From sequence record MZ443769.1: DNA of 64,000 bases; one strand, 5' to 3'. The notes below the pieces were generated by a model. That model was given only the letters and a program-made list of their open reading frames with translations, was not told the DNA's origin and made no database searches. Below, in pieces: positions 53,746 to 63,432 of the stretch. Both the position numbers and the translations under genes were made by a program. Position 1 is the first letter of the stretch, and the number at the start of each line of letters is the position of its first letter.

Positions 53746-55326
53746 ATGGCTATCGAAACTAACACAAATCTGGTTGGCAAAACTATCGTTCTGTTGGACG
53801 GCACTAAAACTAAAATCACTGATGCAATCGCGTCTGGTTATAAAGTGAAAAGCCGCACAGCCCGCGTATCAACTCGTTGTGTAGTTAAAGACGGCGCTCA
53901 CTTCCGTGAAATCGAGCGCATGAACATGAGCCAGTTAGAAGATACAGGCGAAGGTTACGTGAAAGTGAAAGACGCGAAAGCGACCAAGTCTGCTAAGACC
54001 GCGAAAGCTGAAAAGCCAGCTAAGACCGCGAAGACAACCAAAGCAGAAAAGAAACCTGCTAAGCCGTCTAAGAAAGACGAACCTGCTCCGAAAGTTCGCA
54101 GCAAGAAAGAAAAAGAAGCGAAGCAACAAGAAGATTACTTGAGCCTAGCAACTGCGATCATTAAAGGCGGCAAGAAAGTTGCGCCTGTCGAAATCGAAGC
54201 AACCGACGCTGAACTGACAGACGCGATTGCAAAACGTCTGGTAGATGTTCTCGAAAATACCGAAATCGCCCGTGTAGCTGCTGATAACAAAACGCCGATC
54301 GCAAACGCAATCGCAATCACGTACGGCGCTGAGTTCGCCGAAGAAGCTAACGTGCTTCAAATCACGTTGAACCTGCAATACGCTAAGCCTGTCGTATCAG
54401 CACCTGAGCCTGAGCTGGACGAAGCTGTTGCTCGTCGTGCTGCTAAACTCGCCGCTAAGAAAGTGGGCAAGGTGTTGGCGAAAGCAATCAAAACTGCATT
54501 CGACCTCGAAGATGCAAACGACCTGCTGCCTGGTACCGTGTTGCTCAAAGCAGAAGAAGAGTTTATCTTCTGCGGCGAAAGCGCGAAACATGCAGGCAAA
54601 GCGCTGCTGTACAAAACAGCCGACGATAAGTTTGCGTCTGTCGCTGCTGATGCTCTGACTGAATACGAAATTGTTCAGGAAGAAGCTGAGGCAGAAGAAG
54701 AGGAAGAAGAGGAAGAAGAGGAAGAAGAGGAAGAAGAGGAAGAAGAGGAAGAGGAAGAGGAAGCTGATGAAGACCTCGATGACTCTGACGCTTATTCGTA
54801 CATCGCCGTTGATAAAGACCAGCTTGCACTCGTTAACAAGAAAGTGACTGCTAAGTATCACGCTGCAACCGCTGAACGTTTCGGCGTTAGCGAAGAAGCT
54901 CTGGTCCCTGGCCTTGTCGTTACAGACGGCGACACAACGTTTGCTTATCTGGGCTTCGATAGCAAAGGCGGTATGCTCGTCATTGACAACGAAGCCGAAG
55001 ATCAAGATGTTCTGTGCTACTCAAAAGCAGACATTAAATCTCTGGTAGACTTCTCGCCAGTAGTTGGCGAAGAGGGCGAAGATGATTCGGACGACGAAGA
55101 ATCTGCTGATGACGAAGAATCTGCTGATGACGAAGAGGAAGAAGAAGCAGACGAAGAAGAAGAAGCGGATGATGACTTCGACTTCGGCTCTGATATCCCG
55201 TCAGAAGATCTTGAAGACCTGACCGCGGATGAACTGCGTGACCGTGTTGTTCACTTAGGTCTGTCTACTCAGAAGAAAGCAGATCGCATGGACGAAGACG
55301 AACTCCGCGCTCTGCTGACTGAATAA
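53746..55326 (+). CDS. acidic multi-domain protein with poly-Glu tract
   Basis: GAGGAG SD; K/A-rich segment, E23 run, D/E blocks; N-domain shared with 55412-56647. Confidence 0.85.
   Translation: MAIETNTNLVGKTIVLLDGTKTKITDAIASGYKVKSRTARVSTRCVVKDGAHFREIERMNMSQLEDTGEGYVKVKDAKATKSAKTAKAEKPAKTAKTTKAEKKPAKPSKKDEPAPKVRSKKEKEAKQQEDYLSLATAIIKGGKKVAPVEIEATDAELTDAIAKRLVDVLENTEIARVAADNKTPIANAIAITYGAEFAEEANVLQITLNLQYAKPVVSAPEPELDEAVARRAAKLAAKKVGKVLAKAIKTAFDLEDANDLLPGTVLLKAEEEFIFCGESAKHAGKALLYKTADDKFASVAADALTEYEIVQEEAEAEEEEEEEEEEEEEEEEEEEEEEEADEDLDDSDAYSYIAVDKDQLALVNKKVTAKYHAATAERFGVSEEALVPGLVVTDGDTTFAYLGFDSKGGMLVIDNEAEDQDVLCYSKADIKSLVDFSPVVGEEGEDDSDDEESADDEESADDEEEEEADEEEEADDDFDFGSDIPSEDLEDLTADELRDRVVHLGLSTQKKADRMDEDELRALLTE
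54694..54762 (+). repeat. (GAAGAAGAG)n microsatellite encoding poly-Glu
   Basis: Six 9-nt units plus degenerate GAAGAG units, 23 Glu. Confidence 0.85.
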
Positions 55327-55336
55327 GCTGTACTCA

Positions 55337-55343
55337 CTGTAAA
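55337..55343 (+). promoter_or_regulatory. CTGTAAA motif
   Basis: Intergenic, upstream of 55412. Confidence 0.5.
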
Positions 55344-55392
55344 CTGATATGATAGCGGTCTATGATGGCCGCTATACTTTGACTAATCGCGC

Positions 55393-55406
55393 TGATTGAG
55401 GAATCA
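55393..55406 (+). promoter_or_regulatory. RBS hairpin with GAGG loop
   Basis: TGATT-GAGG-AATCA. Confidence 0.65.
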
Positions 55407-55411
55407 CAACT

Positions 55412-56647
55412 ATGTCAACTTCAAACAAAATGTTATTGAACGCCCGTGTACGTCGTCTTGATGGTACTGTTACTCACATCAACAAGATCAATACTAACGG
55501 TTATAGCACTGATGCCAAGGGGCCTCAGATACCTGTTAAGCGTCTCGTTCTTGCAGGCAAATCTTTGAAAGAGATTGAAGCGCCGTTCGCAAAAGACGAG
55601 TGCATCATCTCACAAGGCGTTACAGTCAAACTGAACAAACGCCAGCAACGTGAACTCGCAGATAAAGCGCTTGATGAAAAAGCGTTGCGTCCTGACTTCG
55701 GTAGCTTAGTGTTTATCGACCCTGACACAGGCAAAGCGACTGACGGCAAGAAAGTGAAAGTGAAAGCTGGTGCGAAAGAAAGCCTGAAAGAAACGCGCAA
55801 GCATAACAAAGAGCCGAAAGTTAAGAAAGCAGAGAAAGTTTCTGCCAAGAACGATCTGAAAGATTCGCTCGACCTGATTGACGAACGTAAGGCACCTAAG
55901 TCTGCGCTCGTTGAAATGCTCACTGCTACACTCGAAGGCGATACGACGAAAGAACAGCGCAAGCAATTCGCTGATGCGTTTGGTATTGACTGGAAAGCTG
56001 CTAAGAAGCTCGGTGGCAAGGGTATCGTTAAGCAACTCGGACGTAAAGCTGCGCAAGCCGCTGCTGACAAGCTGAATGCTACTGTGACCTCTGATGCGTT
56101 CATTAAGCAGATGCCTCCTGAGTTGAAGCGTCTGATGCGTGAAGGTTCGCTTACTCTGAACAAAACACAGATTGAGCGTGTACTGTCTGCGCTTGGTCTT
56201 GATACGAAGTTCTATGCTATCGCAATGCAGAACTTCCTGGGTAATCTGACACTGGCCATCAAGCCCGAAGAAGTGAAGACTACGCAGAAGAAAAAGAAAG
56301 CTGCACGTCCGCAATACGCGACTGATAAAGATGCGAAGCGCCGTGTAAAGAAGATGACAATAAAGCTGCTGGCGCCTGATGCGAAAGGTATGAAGACTGC
56401 TAAGGCTCATTTGAAACAGGCAAAAGCAATCTTAGCCTCTAAGCTGGGTATCGCTACAAAAGATATTAAACGCGGTCTGATTGTGTATCACAAGAACGGA
56501 GTTGATTACATGTTCGTTGCCTGTGATGTACGCGGTCCGATCTTCATCGACAAAGATGGTGACCCGGCAGTGTATACTTACGCGAACCTGCAAGACACGT
56601 TCGACTTCACACTGACGCCAACCTCTGAGCTGGACGCCGCTGTATGA
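55412..56647 (+). CDS. basic K/A-rich protein, paralogue of 53746-55326
   Basis: LDGT-x10-GY-x22-EIE N-domain shared with the upstream gene. Confidence 0.85.
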   Translation: MSTSNKMLLNARVRRLDGTVTHINKINTNGYSTDAKGPQIPVKRLVLAGKSLKEIEAPFAKDECIISQGVTVKLNKRQQRELADKALDEKALRPDFGSLVFIDPDTGKATDGKKVKVKAGAKESLKETRKHNKEPKVKKAEKVSAKNDLKDSLDLIDERKAPKSALVEMLTATLEGDTTKEQRKQFADAFGIDWKAAKKLGGKGIVKQLGRKAAQAAADKLNATVTSDAFIKQMPPELKRLMREGSLTLNKTQIERVLSALGLDTKFYAIAMQNFLGNLTLAIKPEEVKTTQKKKKAARPQYATDKDAKRRVKKMTIKLLAPDAKGMKTAKAHLKQAKAILASKLGIATKDIKRGLIVYHKNGVDYMFVACDVRGPIFIDKDGDPAVYTYANLQDTFDFTLTPTSELDAAV

Positions 56648-57033
56648 AAACATCTGAAATAGTTTTGACAGGTGTATTTGCTCAACTGTATGCGCGGCTA
56701 GCAATGGCCGCCATCAATAAAGTTCACATCTACTACATGGACTTAGCACCTGTAGTGTTCGGTGTGCAATTCAGTAAGATGGATAACTCGCAAGTAGAAG
56801 CTGTCTGGCAAATGCTGCGTATGTCCATGCAAATGGATATGCAACACAATAGACCGCCGCTCGCTGCGCTGTTTGTCAGTCGCGCTTCTGAGTTAAAGAA
56901 ACCTGGCCGCTCATTCTTCAATGAGTATGAGAAGATTACAGGAATTAAGCTCTCCTACGAAGACTGGCAGAAGCTCGTTGAAGAAGTATGGGCGCATTAT
57001 TCGATGCAAGATTTCGTTGGAGAGCAATCATGA
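56644..57033 (+). CDS. hypothetical protein (129 aa)
   Basis: ATGA overlap; PPLAALFVS...PGRSFF motif. Confidence 0.7.
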   Translation: MKTSEIVLTGVFAQLYARLAMAAINKVHIYYMDLAPVVFGVQFSKMDNSQVEAVWQMLRMSMQMDMQHNRPPLAALFVSRASELKKPGRSFFNEYEKITGIKLSYEDWQKLVEEVWAHYSMQDFVGEQS

Positions 57034-57509
57034 AAAAGTTAAAAATCAAATCGTCAATCAGTCGCGGTGGTTACAAGCCGAAGTCTGATGACGAAGCCCG
57101 CAAGCTGGTAGTTGAGTTTATTCTCGGTACTATCGGTACTGCACCAACTGTTCTGAGCCAGACGTTAGTTCTGAACGTTGCGAACTATAACTGGCTGACG
57201 TCAATACCTGATACTGCTAAGCCTACGCAATCGAATCAATCAGTGTTGCATAAAACTGTAAAAGAACTTAATGAGTTCTGTCGATTGAACAAATTTCCAC
57301 TGGGCTTACTAATTATGCCCCACACATCATCGAGTGACTATAGCGGTGATGAAGTGATAGCAATCCCGTGGAAACATGTTGCGGCGAATTCACAAAGTCA
57401 GTCCGCTGTTAATTCGATTTTCGAAACAGTGATCGCTGATGGATATCCGCAGTTCGTAGCCGATGCAAAAACTTTGCACGTAGACGTAGAGGGTAGCGAT
57501 GTTTTATGA
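57030..57509 (+). CDS. hypothetical protein
   Basis: GGAG SD; ATGA overlap. Confidence 0.65.
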   Translation: MKKLKIKSSISRGGYKPKSDDEARKLVVEFILGTIGTAPTVLSQTLVLNVANYNWLTSIPDTAKPTQSNQSVLHKTVKELNEFCRLNKFPLGLLIMPHTSSSDYSGDEVIAIPWKHVAANSQSQSAVNSIFETVIADGYPQFVADAKTLHVDVEGSDVL

Positions 57510-58779
57510 TCACGTATTCACGCATGACGAGCGGCAGGCGTTGCTGCTCCTTGCTGAATCATTCTTTCTGGTAAAAACTGAATGTCCCGACTATCTCAAA
57601 AAGTCTAAGCACTCGATTGAGATTCGACACACGATTAATCATCGTGGGAAAGAACGCCGGTCGGGTCACATTGTAACGTCATTCGTTCCGCGTATTCACA
57701 TGAGCGTTATTCAGCGTCTTGTTCGTGTGATTCGTGACGACTACGATATCCGCGCAGCACATCACCTGAGCAAGTTGTTTGAACTCGGACTCGGCGTGCC
57801 GAAGCAACGTGACATTGCACTTTACCTGAGTGACTACTCAAAAGAAGCTGACCCGAAAGGTGTGGGTATGAAGTATATCCGCAAGCTGATTAATGAGTAT
57901 CACCGCAAGTATCGTCGCAGCATGGCAGGTAGTCGCTGGATTATGCCAGCCGCGTATACTGCGAACATGATGCACATGCAGTCTTTCATTCACTTGAAAG
58001 AGAACGGTTATGCGAAGCAACTCAAAGTGCCTGATGGAATACCTGTGGTTCTCGTGTACAACAACACGAACCATGAGCGTTCTGAGTTTACTTTGTGTGA
58101 CGCATTCATGATAAGCCCGCTGGGTTTCCCTGTACCGTTCGCGCAGATTGCATTACGTCCTGAATTCAAAGCTGTGCCGAAAACGTTTTGCTCGAAAGCA
58201 CTTCGCGGTCGTGGTATGTACAGCATGGTGATGGGTGTTGTTCATTGGTCTGATACTGATTCCGTGAAGCACTTCCGCGAACTGATGGAAATTGATGCTG
58301 ATAGCTATCTGTCATTGCTCGATAGTGAACAGTACATGGACCGCCGGTCTCCTGAGTATCAAGCGCTGTGTGACAAGCGCGCCGAGTATAACGAACAACG
58401 TGTAGAGATGAATGAAGTCCTCGCTAAGTTCGGAACTACGAAGCGTATTCTTAAACCCGAGCAGCAGGCTAAGTTAGACCGCGCTCTCAAGTTCTTCGCA
58501 GACCGCAAAGACTTCCTCAAGGAGTTTGATCAGTTTGAGAAGAAAGAACAGCACAAGGCAGCGAAGCAATTCGCAGTAGCCAGTGCGCAGTTCGCAGCAA
58601 TTGACTGTGGTACTATCATGGACCGCACAACGTATATGGCGGTCAGTACGACACTCGATAAAGTTCACCACATTCTTGGGAAGTGGGGATTTACTACTGT
58701 CGATACTGTTAATGCTAGTTTGAAACACTCACTCATGACTTACGGCGAATCAAAAGCAACTCGTCGCTGGTCACTATAA
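57499..58779 (+). CDS. hypothetical protein (426 aa)
   Basis: GAGGGT SD. Confidence 0.8.
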   Translation: MFYDHVFTHDERQALLLLAESFFLVKTECPDYLKKSKHSIEIRHTINHRGKERRSGHIVTSFVPRIHMSVIQRLVRVIRDDYDIRAAHHLSKLFELGLGVPKQRDIALYLSDYSKEADPKGVGMKYIRKLINEYHRKYRRSMAGSRWIMPAAYTANMMHMQSFIHLKENGYAKQLKVPDGIPVVLVYNNTNHERSEFTLCDAFMISPLGFPVPFAQIALRPEFKAVPKTFCSKALRGRGMYSMVMGVVHWSDTDSVKHFRELMEIDADSYLSLLDSEQYMDRRSPEYQALCDKRAEYNEQRVEMNEVLAKFGTTKRILKPEQQAKLDRALKFFADRKDFLKEFDQFEKKEQHKAAKQFAVASAQFAAIDCGTIMDRTTYMAVSTTLDKVHHILGKWGFTTVDTVNASLKHSLMTYGESKATRRWSL

Positions 58780-58783
58780 CCTT

Positions 58784-58797
58784 TATCTGAGGAGATA
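58784..58797 (+). promoter_or_regulatory. RBS hairpin with GAGG loop
   Basis: TATCT-GAGG-AGATA. Confidence 0.65.
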
Positions 58798-58801
58798 TGT
58801 A

Positions 58802-61800
58802 ATGTCTGATAACAACGAAAACTTGGGCGCATCAAGCCGCTTCGGCACGGAGTTACAACAACAAGTGACGAACGAACAACGTCGCGCTAACTCTGCTGAA
58901 AGTGGTACCGTACATCGCAGCACTATCGTGGTGCTGACTACCCTGAACTCGAACGAAAAATATTCGTACATGTCTGCCGACGAGCAACTGCACGAAAAGC
59001 CTATCATCGGTAAAATCATCGACCGTCTGCCTGCGCTGATCGAACGTGCATCAGGTCCGTCTGCTGATAAGAACAGCGCGTACTATCTGCTGCATCCGAA
59101 CAACGGTGTACCGACCAGCATTGATGAACGTGTTAAGTTCGGTGACTCGTTTGCTGCTATCGTTTCATATACTGTAAATAAAGCAGTATCAGAGATGCAC
59201 GGTACGCTGTCGCTTGCGCTGTTTGCTGCTGTGGATTCTTCTGACTTGTCAGACTTAGCTGCTGAGTTCGGTATCCACGCAATCGCAATCGTGCCTGCTG
59301 ATAATAGCGGTGTGTTCATCAAAGCACTGACTGAACAACTCGAAGCGCTGCAATCTGTAAACGTACTGAGCATTGACGACACTGATGGTACTCTGGACCG
59401 CGAAGTGATCGACTACGCTGCTCTGCCCGGCAATCCAGTAACTGTGGTATCTGGTGCTGTGCGTACTTTCATTACGCAATCTATCGGTGGCGAAGTCATC
59501 GCTGCAATCCCAAATAACGGAGAGTTCAACGTGAAACAAAACACAATCAATCCTGCGCCAGTCGATCTTGAAGAAGACTTCGATAATGAAGACGAAGTTG
59601 AAGATCAGCAGGAAGACGGTGAAGAAAGTCCTGCGTCTGGTGCCGAGCTGTTCGGCTTCAAGTCAGAAACCCTGACCACTGAACAGATGACCGAAGCTCT
59701 GGAAGCTGTCGGTTATGATTGTTCCGAGTTCGCAGAAGATGAACTGCGTGTATCGTTCGAAACCGAACAGGCGTTGTACCTGTCTAAAGAAGACGACGCT
59801 GCGGAAGAAGAGTCTGATGAAGAAGAATCAGACGACGAAGAAGAAGAAGAAGCGGAAGAAGAAGCGGAAGAAGAATTCGATCCGTGCGCTTCTCTCGCTC
59901 AACTGCTGGCCGAAGAATCTTTCGACCGCCGCGCTCTGAAAGTCCTGGTACTGTCACAAGAACTGAAAGTGTTCAAGTCTGACACCGAAGAAACTCTGGT
60001 AGCGAAGCTGCTGGAAAACGTTGAAGACGCAACGCAGCAAGAGCTGTTTGAGCTGGTATCAACGTTCGTTGAACTGCTGGGTGAACGTGAAATCGAATGC
60101 CCTGCGCTGACTGCTGCGATCTCGTCTGACGACGAAGACACATCAGGTGATGACTCTGACGACGAAGAAGAGTCGGAAGAAGACGAAGACGAAGACGAAG
60201 AATCAGAAGATGATTCCGAAGAAGCGCCTGTCTCTGACCTGACCTCTGTAACTGATCCGCTCGACTACTTCCAGTTTGCTGGTGGTGAACTCGAACATCA
60301 TCACCGTCTGGCCGCTGTTGAAGCGATGGGCGAAAACGTTGAAGGCCTGAACATCATTCAGGTAATGAAAGCGTTCAACCGCATTCAGCAACAAACCAAC
60401 GCAATCGAAATCACCGGCCTGTCCGTCAACGCTGATGTAGACGATGCAGAAGACGCGGGTCTGGAAGATCAGATTCGTGCGATTCTCGAAGCGAACGAAA
60501 GCGGTGACGACGACGACACTGCAATCGAAGATCTGTGGACGCTGCTTGACTGCGCATCTGATGATCAAGACGCTACCATGATTGACGATATCGTTGCGTC
60601 TGGTACCGAAGAGCGTCACGCTACAGCTCTGCAATCTGCCGCTGAAACCTACGGCGTGGACATTTCAGAAATGTCTTACGAAGAAGGTCTGCTCGCATTC
60701 CTGGCCGAGTTCTTCGCTGAAGGTGATGCAGAAGAAGAATCCGAAGAAGAGTCGGATGAAGAAGAAGCGGAAGAAGCTGATGACCGTGAAGGTTACGAAG
60801 CCGATACTGCTGAAAACGCATCGAGCCTGCTGTTCCTGAAAGATATCGACAAGTCAAACCCAATCGGTCCGATGCTGTCTGTTGATATGGCGCAAGCGCT
60901 GATCATCAACTTCACGCTGACTGATGGCCGCACGTACACTGATATCGAAGCTGAACTGAACGACGTTAACGATGTTAACTACCGCATTCCGTTCAACGTA
61001 GGCGCTGCTGATAAAGCTGCCGGTTCTATGCACGTACCTGCCGGTATCATCGTTGATGTTATTCAACGCGCTGGCACCAGCCGCTTCTTAGCTGATCCGA
61101 AAACGTTCGACGTTGGTTCATGGGCTGAAAGTCTGGAACAAACTCTCGACGCTGAGATTCAGAACTCTATCTACGAAGGCCGCATCCCTGATGGCGCTGA
61201 CCCGCAGGAAGCTGGTGTTGTAGTCGGTGACTTCATCGACGAAGACGAGCTGGAAGAAGCTGCCGAGCTGGGTATTGACCCAAGTCAGTTTGACGAAATG
61301 GGTACTGGTGATCATCTGCCGATTGCGAGCCTGTACAACGCACACACTCGCGTTCGTCCGGTTAACGATGGTGATAACTACATCGTCGCTCACACCACTG
61401 TGTTGAACGTTGCACTGCCTGGCTTCTGGGGCGCTGAGTCTGCTGAGATTGTTGGCCGCATGATTCAAGCTGCTGTCAATCGCGTTATCAGTAGCATCGC
61501 AGATCGCACCGACGTTAAAGTCTACGCTGCGTTCACTCTGGAAGCTGCTGCTCTGCTGAACAATAGCAACCTGTTCGCTGCTATGTCTGTGCTGCGTGAC
61601 ATGGAACGTGTACAAGCGTACTCTGCTGCTGACGCCGCTGCGTTCACTGAAACGGATGACGTGATCGAAACTGCATCTGCTCTGGATGATCGTGACCTGC
61701 CGTTCACTGTCCTGACTTCTGGCATTGCACAAGCAACGTTCGAAAACGGCGGTGACCTGACTGTTCTGGTACCATGCTTCGAAGAAGAAGCTGAGTACGA

Positions 61801-61834
61801 AGACGAAGCCGAAGACGACGGCGACGACGAATAA
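58802..61834 (+). CDS. very large, extremely acidic protein (1010 aa)
   Basis: GAGGAG SD; multiple D/E blocks; strong codon bias. Confidence 0.9.
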   Translation: MSDNNENLGASSRFGTELQQQVTNEQRRANSAESGTVHRSTIVVLTTLNSNEKYSYMSADEQLHEKPIIGKIIDRLPALIERASGPSADKNSAYYLLHPNNGVPTSIDERVKFGDSFAAIVSYTVNKAVSEMHGTLSLALFAAVDSSDLSDLAAEFGIHAIAIVPADNSGVFIKALTEQLEALQSVNVLSIDDTDGTLDREVIDYAALPGNPVTVVSGAVRTFITQSIGGEVIAAIPNNGEFNVKQNTINPAPVDLEEDFDNEDEVEDQQEDGEESPASGAELFGFKSETLTTEQMTEALEAVGYDCSEFAEDELRVSFETEQALYLSKEDDAAEEESDEEESDDEEEEEAEEEAEEEFDPCASLAQLLAEESFDRRALKVLVLSQELKVFKSDTEETLVAKLLENVEDATQQELFELVSTFVELLGEREIECPALTAAISSDDEDTSGDDSDDEEESEEDEDEDEESEDDSEEAPVSDLTSVTDPLDYFQFAGGELEHHHRLAAVEAMGENVEGLNIIQVMKAFNRIQQQTNAIEITGLSVNADVDDAEDAGLEDQIRAILEANESGDDDDTAIEDLWTLLDCASDDQDATMIDDIVASGTEERHATALQSAAETYGVDISEMSYEEGLLAFLAEFFAEGDAEEESEEESDEEEAEEADDREGYEADTAENASSLLFLKDIDKSNPIGPMLSVDMAQALIINFTLTDGRTYTDIEAELNDVNDVNYRIPFNVGAADKAAGSMHVPAGIIVDVIQRAGTSRFLADPKTFDVGSWAESLEQTLDAEIQNSIYEGRIPDGADPQEAGVVVGDFIDEDELEEAAELGIDPSQFDEMGTGDHLPIASLYNAHTRVRPVNDGDNYIVAHTTVLNVALPGFWGAESAEIVGRMIQAAVNRVISSIADRTDVKVYAAFTLEAAALLNNSNLFAAMSVLRDMERVQAYSAADAAAFTETDDVIETASALDDRDLPFTVLTSGIAQATFENGGDLTVLVPCFEEEAEYEDEAEDDGDDE

Positions 61835-61846
61835 GCACAAGCCTGC

Positions 61847-61874
61847 AAGCGGCTCTTCGGGGCCGCTTCTCTTT
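61847..61874 (+). terminator. terminator with UUCG loop
   Basis: AAGCGGCTC-TTCG-GGGCCGCTT then CTCTTT. Confidence 0.75.
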
Positions 61875-61889
61875 GAAGGAAATGTGTAA

Positions 61890-62738
61890 ATGTCAGAAGC
61901 AAAGCAAGACAGTATTGACCACGGCGCAAAGCTTGCTGAATTGATTGGTAAGCAAAGCGCAGACTACGACAAGCTGCATTACAGCTACGTTGAAGTGCGT
62001 GGTAAGAACATGGACTTGGAAGAAGAACTCGCCGAGTCCACCAGACGTGAAACGAAGCTGCGCCTCGAAGCGCGTAACACGCAGCGTCTTAACCGCGACC
62101 ATGCGATTCGCCTCGAACGTATCATCGAGCAAGAACGTGGTGATAAGGTTGATGCGCAAAACGAAAATGCTCGTCTGCTTGTTCAGATCGATAAGCTGAA
62201 CGAAACTGTAAAACAGAAGCATGTAGAGCAAGCGTCTGTTGTTCTGCAAATGATAATGTCAGAATCTGTCAGGCAGTTCGGTAATGTTGTTCAAGCTGTA
62301 TCTCACATGTTCGTCAATCGTCGTAAGTCAAAAGCCGACGCAGCCATGCAATCCGCATTGCTGATGGACTATGTGACTAAACAGCCTTCACTGTACCGCA
62401 CTGTTGCGCAGTATTACAACTCAATCAATCTGCCTGTACCAACCGCAGCCGCGTTGAAGTTGCAAATGATTGAGCACGTTAAACTGAACGCGCATCTGTA
62501 TCTCAAAGACCCTGATATTCAAGCCTATCGTGAAGCATTGATTATCATGGTTACGCAACCGACTTCGCAAATTAATCGCAGCCGCATGATGACCAGTGTG
62601 CGTGATGGTTTCGACTACATCAATGTTTTCGATGCTGGGTTCGACGTAGCTATTCTGTCGGACAATACTTCGTGGGCAGCAACACTGTCTGACTCGCTGT
62701 TAGATATTTCGGGTCATCTTATCAGCGCGAATTTTTAA
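61890..62738 (+). CDS. hypothetical protein with N-terminal coiled coil
   Basis: GAAGGA SD; heptad-like E/Q/R-rich N-half. Confidence 0.75.
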   Translation: MSEAKQDSIDHGAKLAELIGKQSADYDKLHYSYVEVRGKNMDLEEELAESTRRETKLRLEARNTQRLNRDHAIRLERIIEQERGDKVDAQNENARLLVQIDKLNETVKQKHVEQASVVLQMIMSESVRQFGNVVQAVSHMFVNRRKSKADAAMQSALLMDYVTKQPSLYRTVAQYYNSINLPVPTAAALKLQMIEHVKLNAHLYLKDPDIQAYREALIIMVTQPTSQINRSRMMTSVRDGFDYINVFDAGFDVAILSDNTSWAATLSDSLLDISGHLISANF

Positions 62739-62739
62739 T

Positions 62740-62771
62740 CTGTAAAAAATATTCGTAAAGTAATCTGTAAA
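62740..62771 (+). promoter_or_regulatory. tandem CTGTAAA motifs
   Basis: AATCTGTAAA with cores at 62740 and 62765. Confidence 0.6.
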
Positions 62772-62833
62772 CACTAATTGAAGTTCACACTGAGCAACTC
62801 GCTCAACCGCATAAATCTGGAGCATTAAAGAAA

Positions 62834-63394
62834 ATGGCAAAAGCTACTAAAGGTACTAATCTGGTTCCGACCATTGTTTCCCGTATCGCAAAGAAAGCTG
62901 GTTCTATCGGAACTACCAAAGTTAAGCCAACTGATCTGCCGCACGACATTCTGATTGAAAGCGTTCACGCTTCTGAAATCGTCGGTTTCATCACAGACCG
63001 TTCTGCTACCAGCGTAACGATTCGTCACAAACGTGGCCACGGTTCTTCTGCTCAAATCGTTTCTACTTTCGGTCCTGGTCAACTGCTGACTGTTCTGGGT
63101 GAAGCCGGTTCTCACGGTCAAGTCCGTGCAATCGTGACTGCACCAGTGTGTGAGCTGAAAGGTTACACTGTTAAATTCGACGGCGCAATCATCATCGCCA
63201 CCTCAATCGAAACGGGCGAAGTGATCAACGTTAACACCAACCTGCCGGGCTACACTGTTCGCGCTACTGTTAACGAAAACGCTGCTGCTAAAAAGTACGG
63301 CACTGCTGCGCCAGTTAAAAACAAAAAAGTTGAAAAGTCTGACAAAGCCGGTAAATCTGCGAAAGCGATTAAAGGCGGCAAAGTAAAAAAGTAA
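62834..63394 (+). CDS. hypothetical protein (186 aa), basic tail
   Basis: GGAG SD; very strong codon bias. Confidence 0.8.
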   Translation: MAKATKGTNLVPTIVSRIAKKAGSIGTTKVKPTDLPHDILIESVHASEIVGFITDRSATSVTIRHKRGHGSSAQIVSTFGPGQLLTVLGEAGSHGQVRAIVTAPVCELKGYTVKFDGAIIIATSIETGEVINVNTNLPGYTVRATVNENAAAKKYGTAAPVKNKKVEKSDKAGKSAKAIKGGKVKK

Positions 63395-63432
63395 CGGCGT
63401 CTGACGAAGACTTTTAATAGTCTCTGACGAAT

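Noticed and set aside
55525-56410. Two long antisense ORFs (212 and 234 aa)
   Set aside because: Shadows of the K/A-rich sense gene; S/F/L-rich composition mirrors the sense codons
26171-58797. Canonical CsrA/RsmA sites as the explanation for the GAGG-loop hairpins
   Set aside because: The CsrA consensus places GGA in an ANGGAN hexaloop (CAnGGAnG); here the register is shifted (CT-GAGG-AG). Not a match, though CsrA binding is not excluded.
61118-61929. Antisense ORFs over the 1010-aa gene
   Set aside because: Codon-bias shadows with no independent signals
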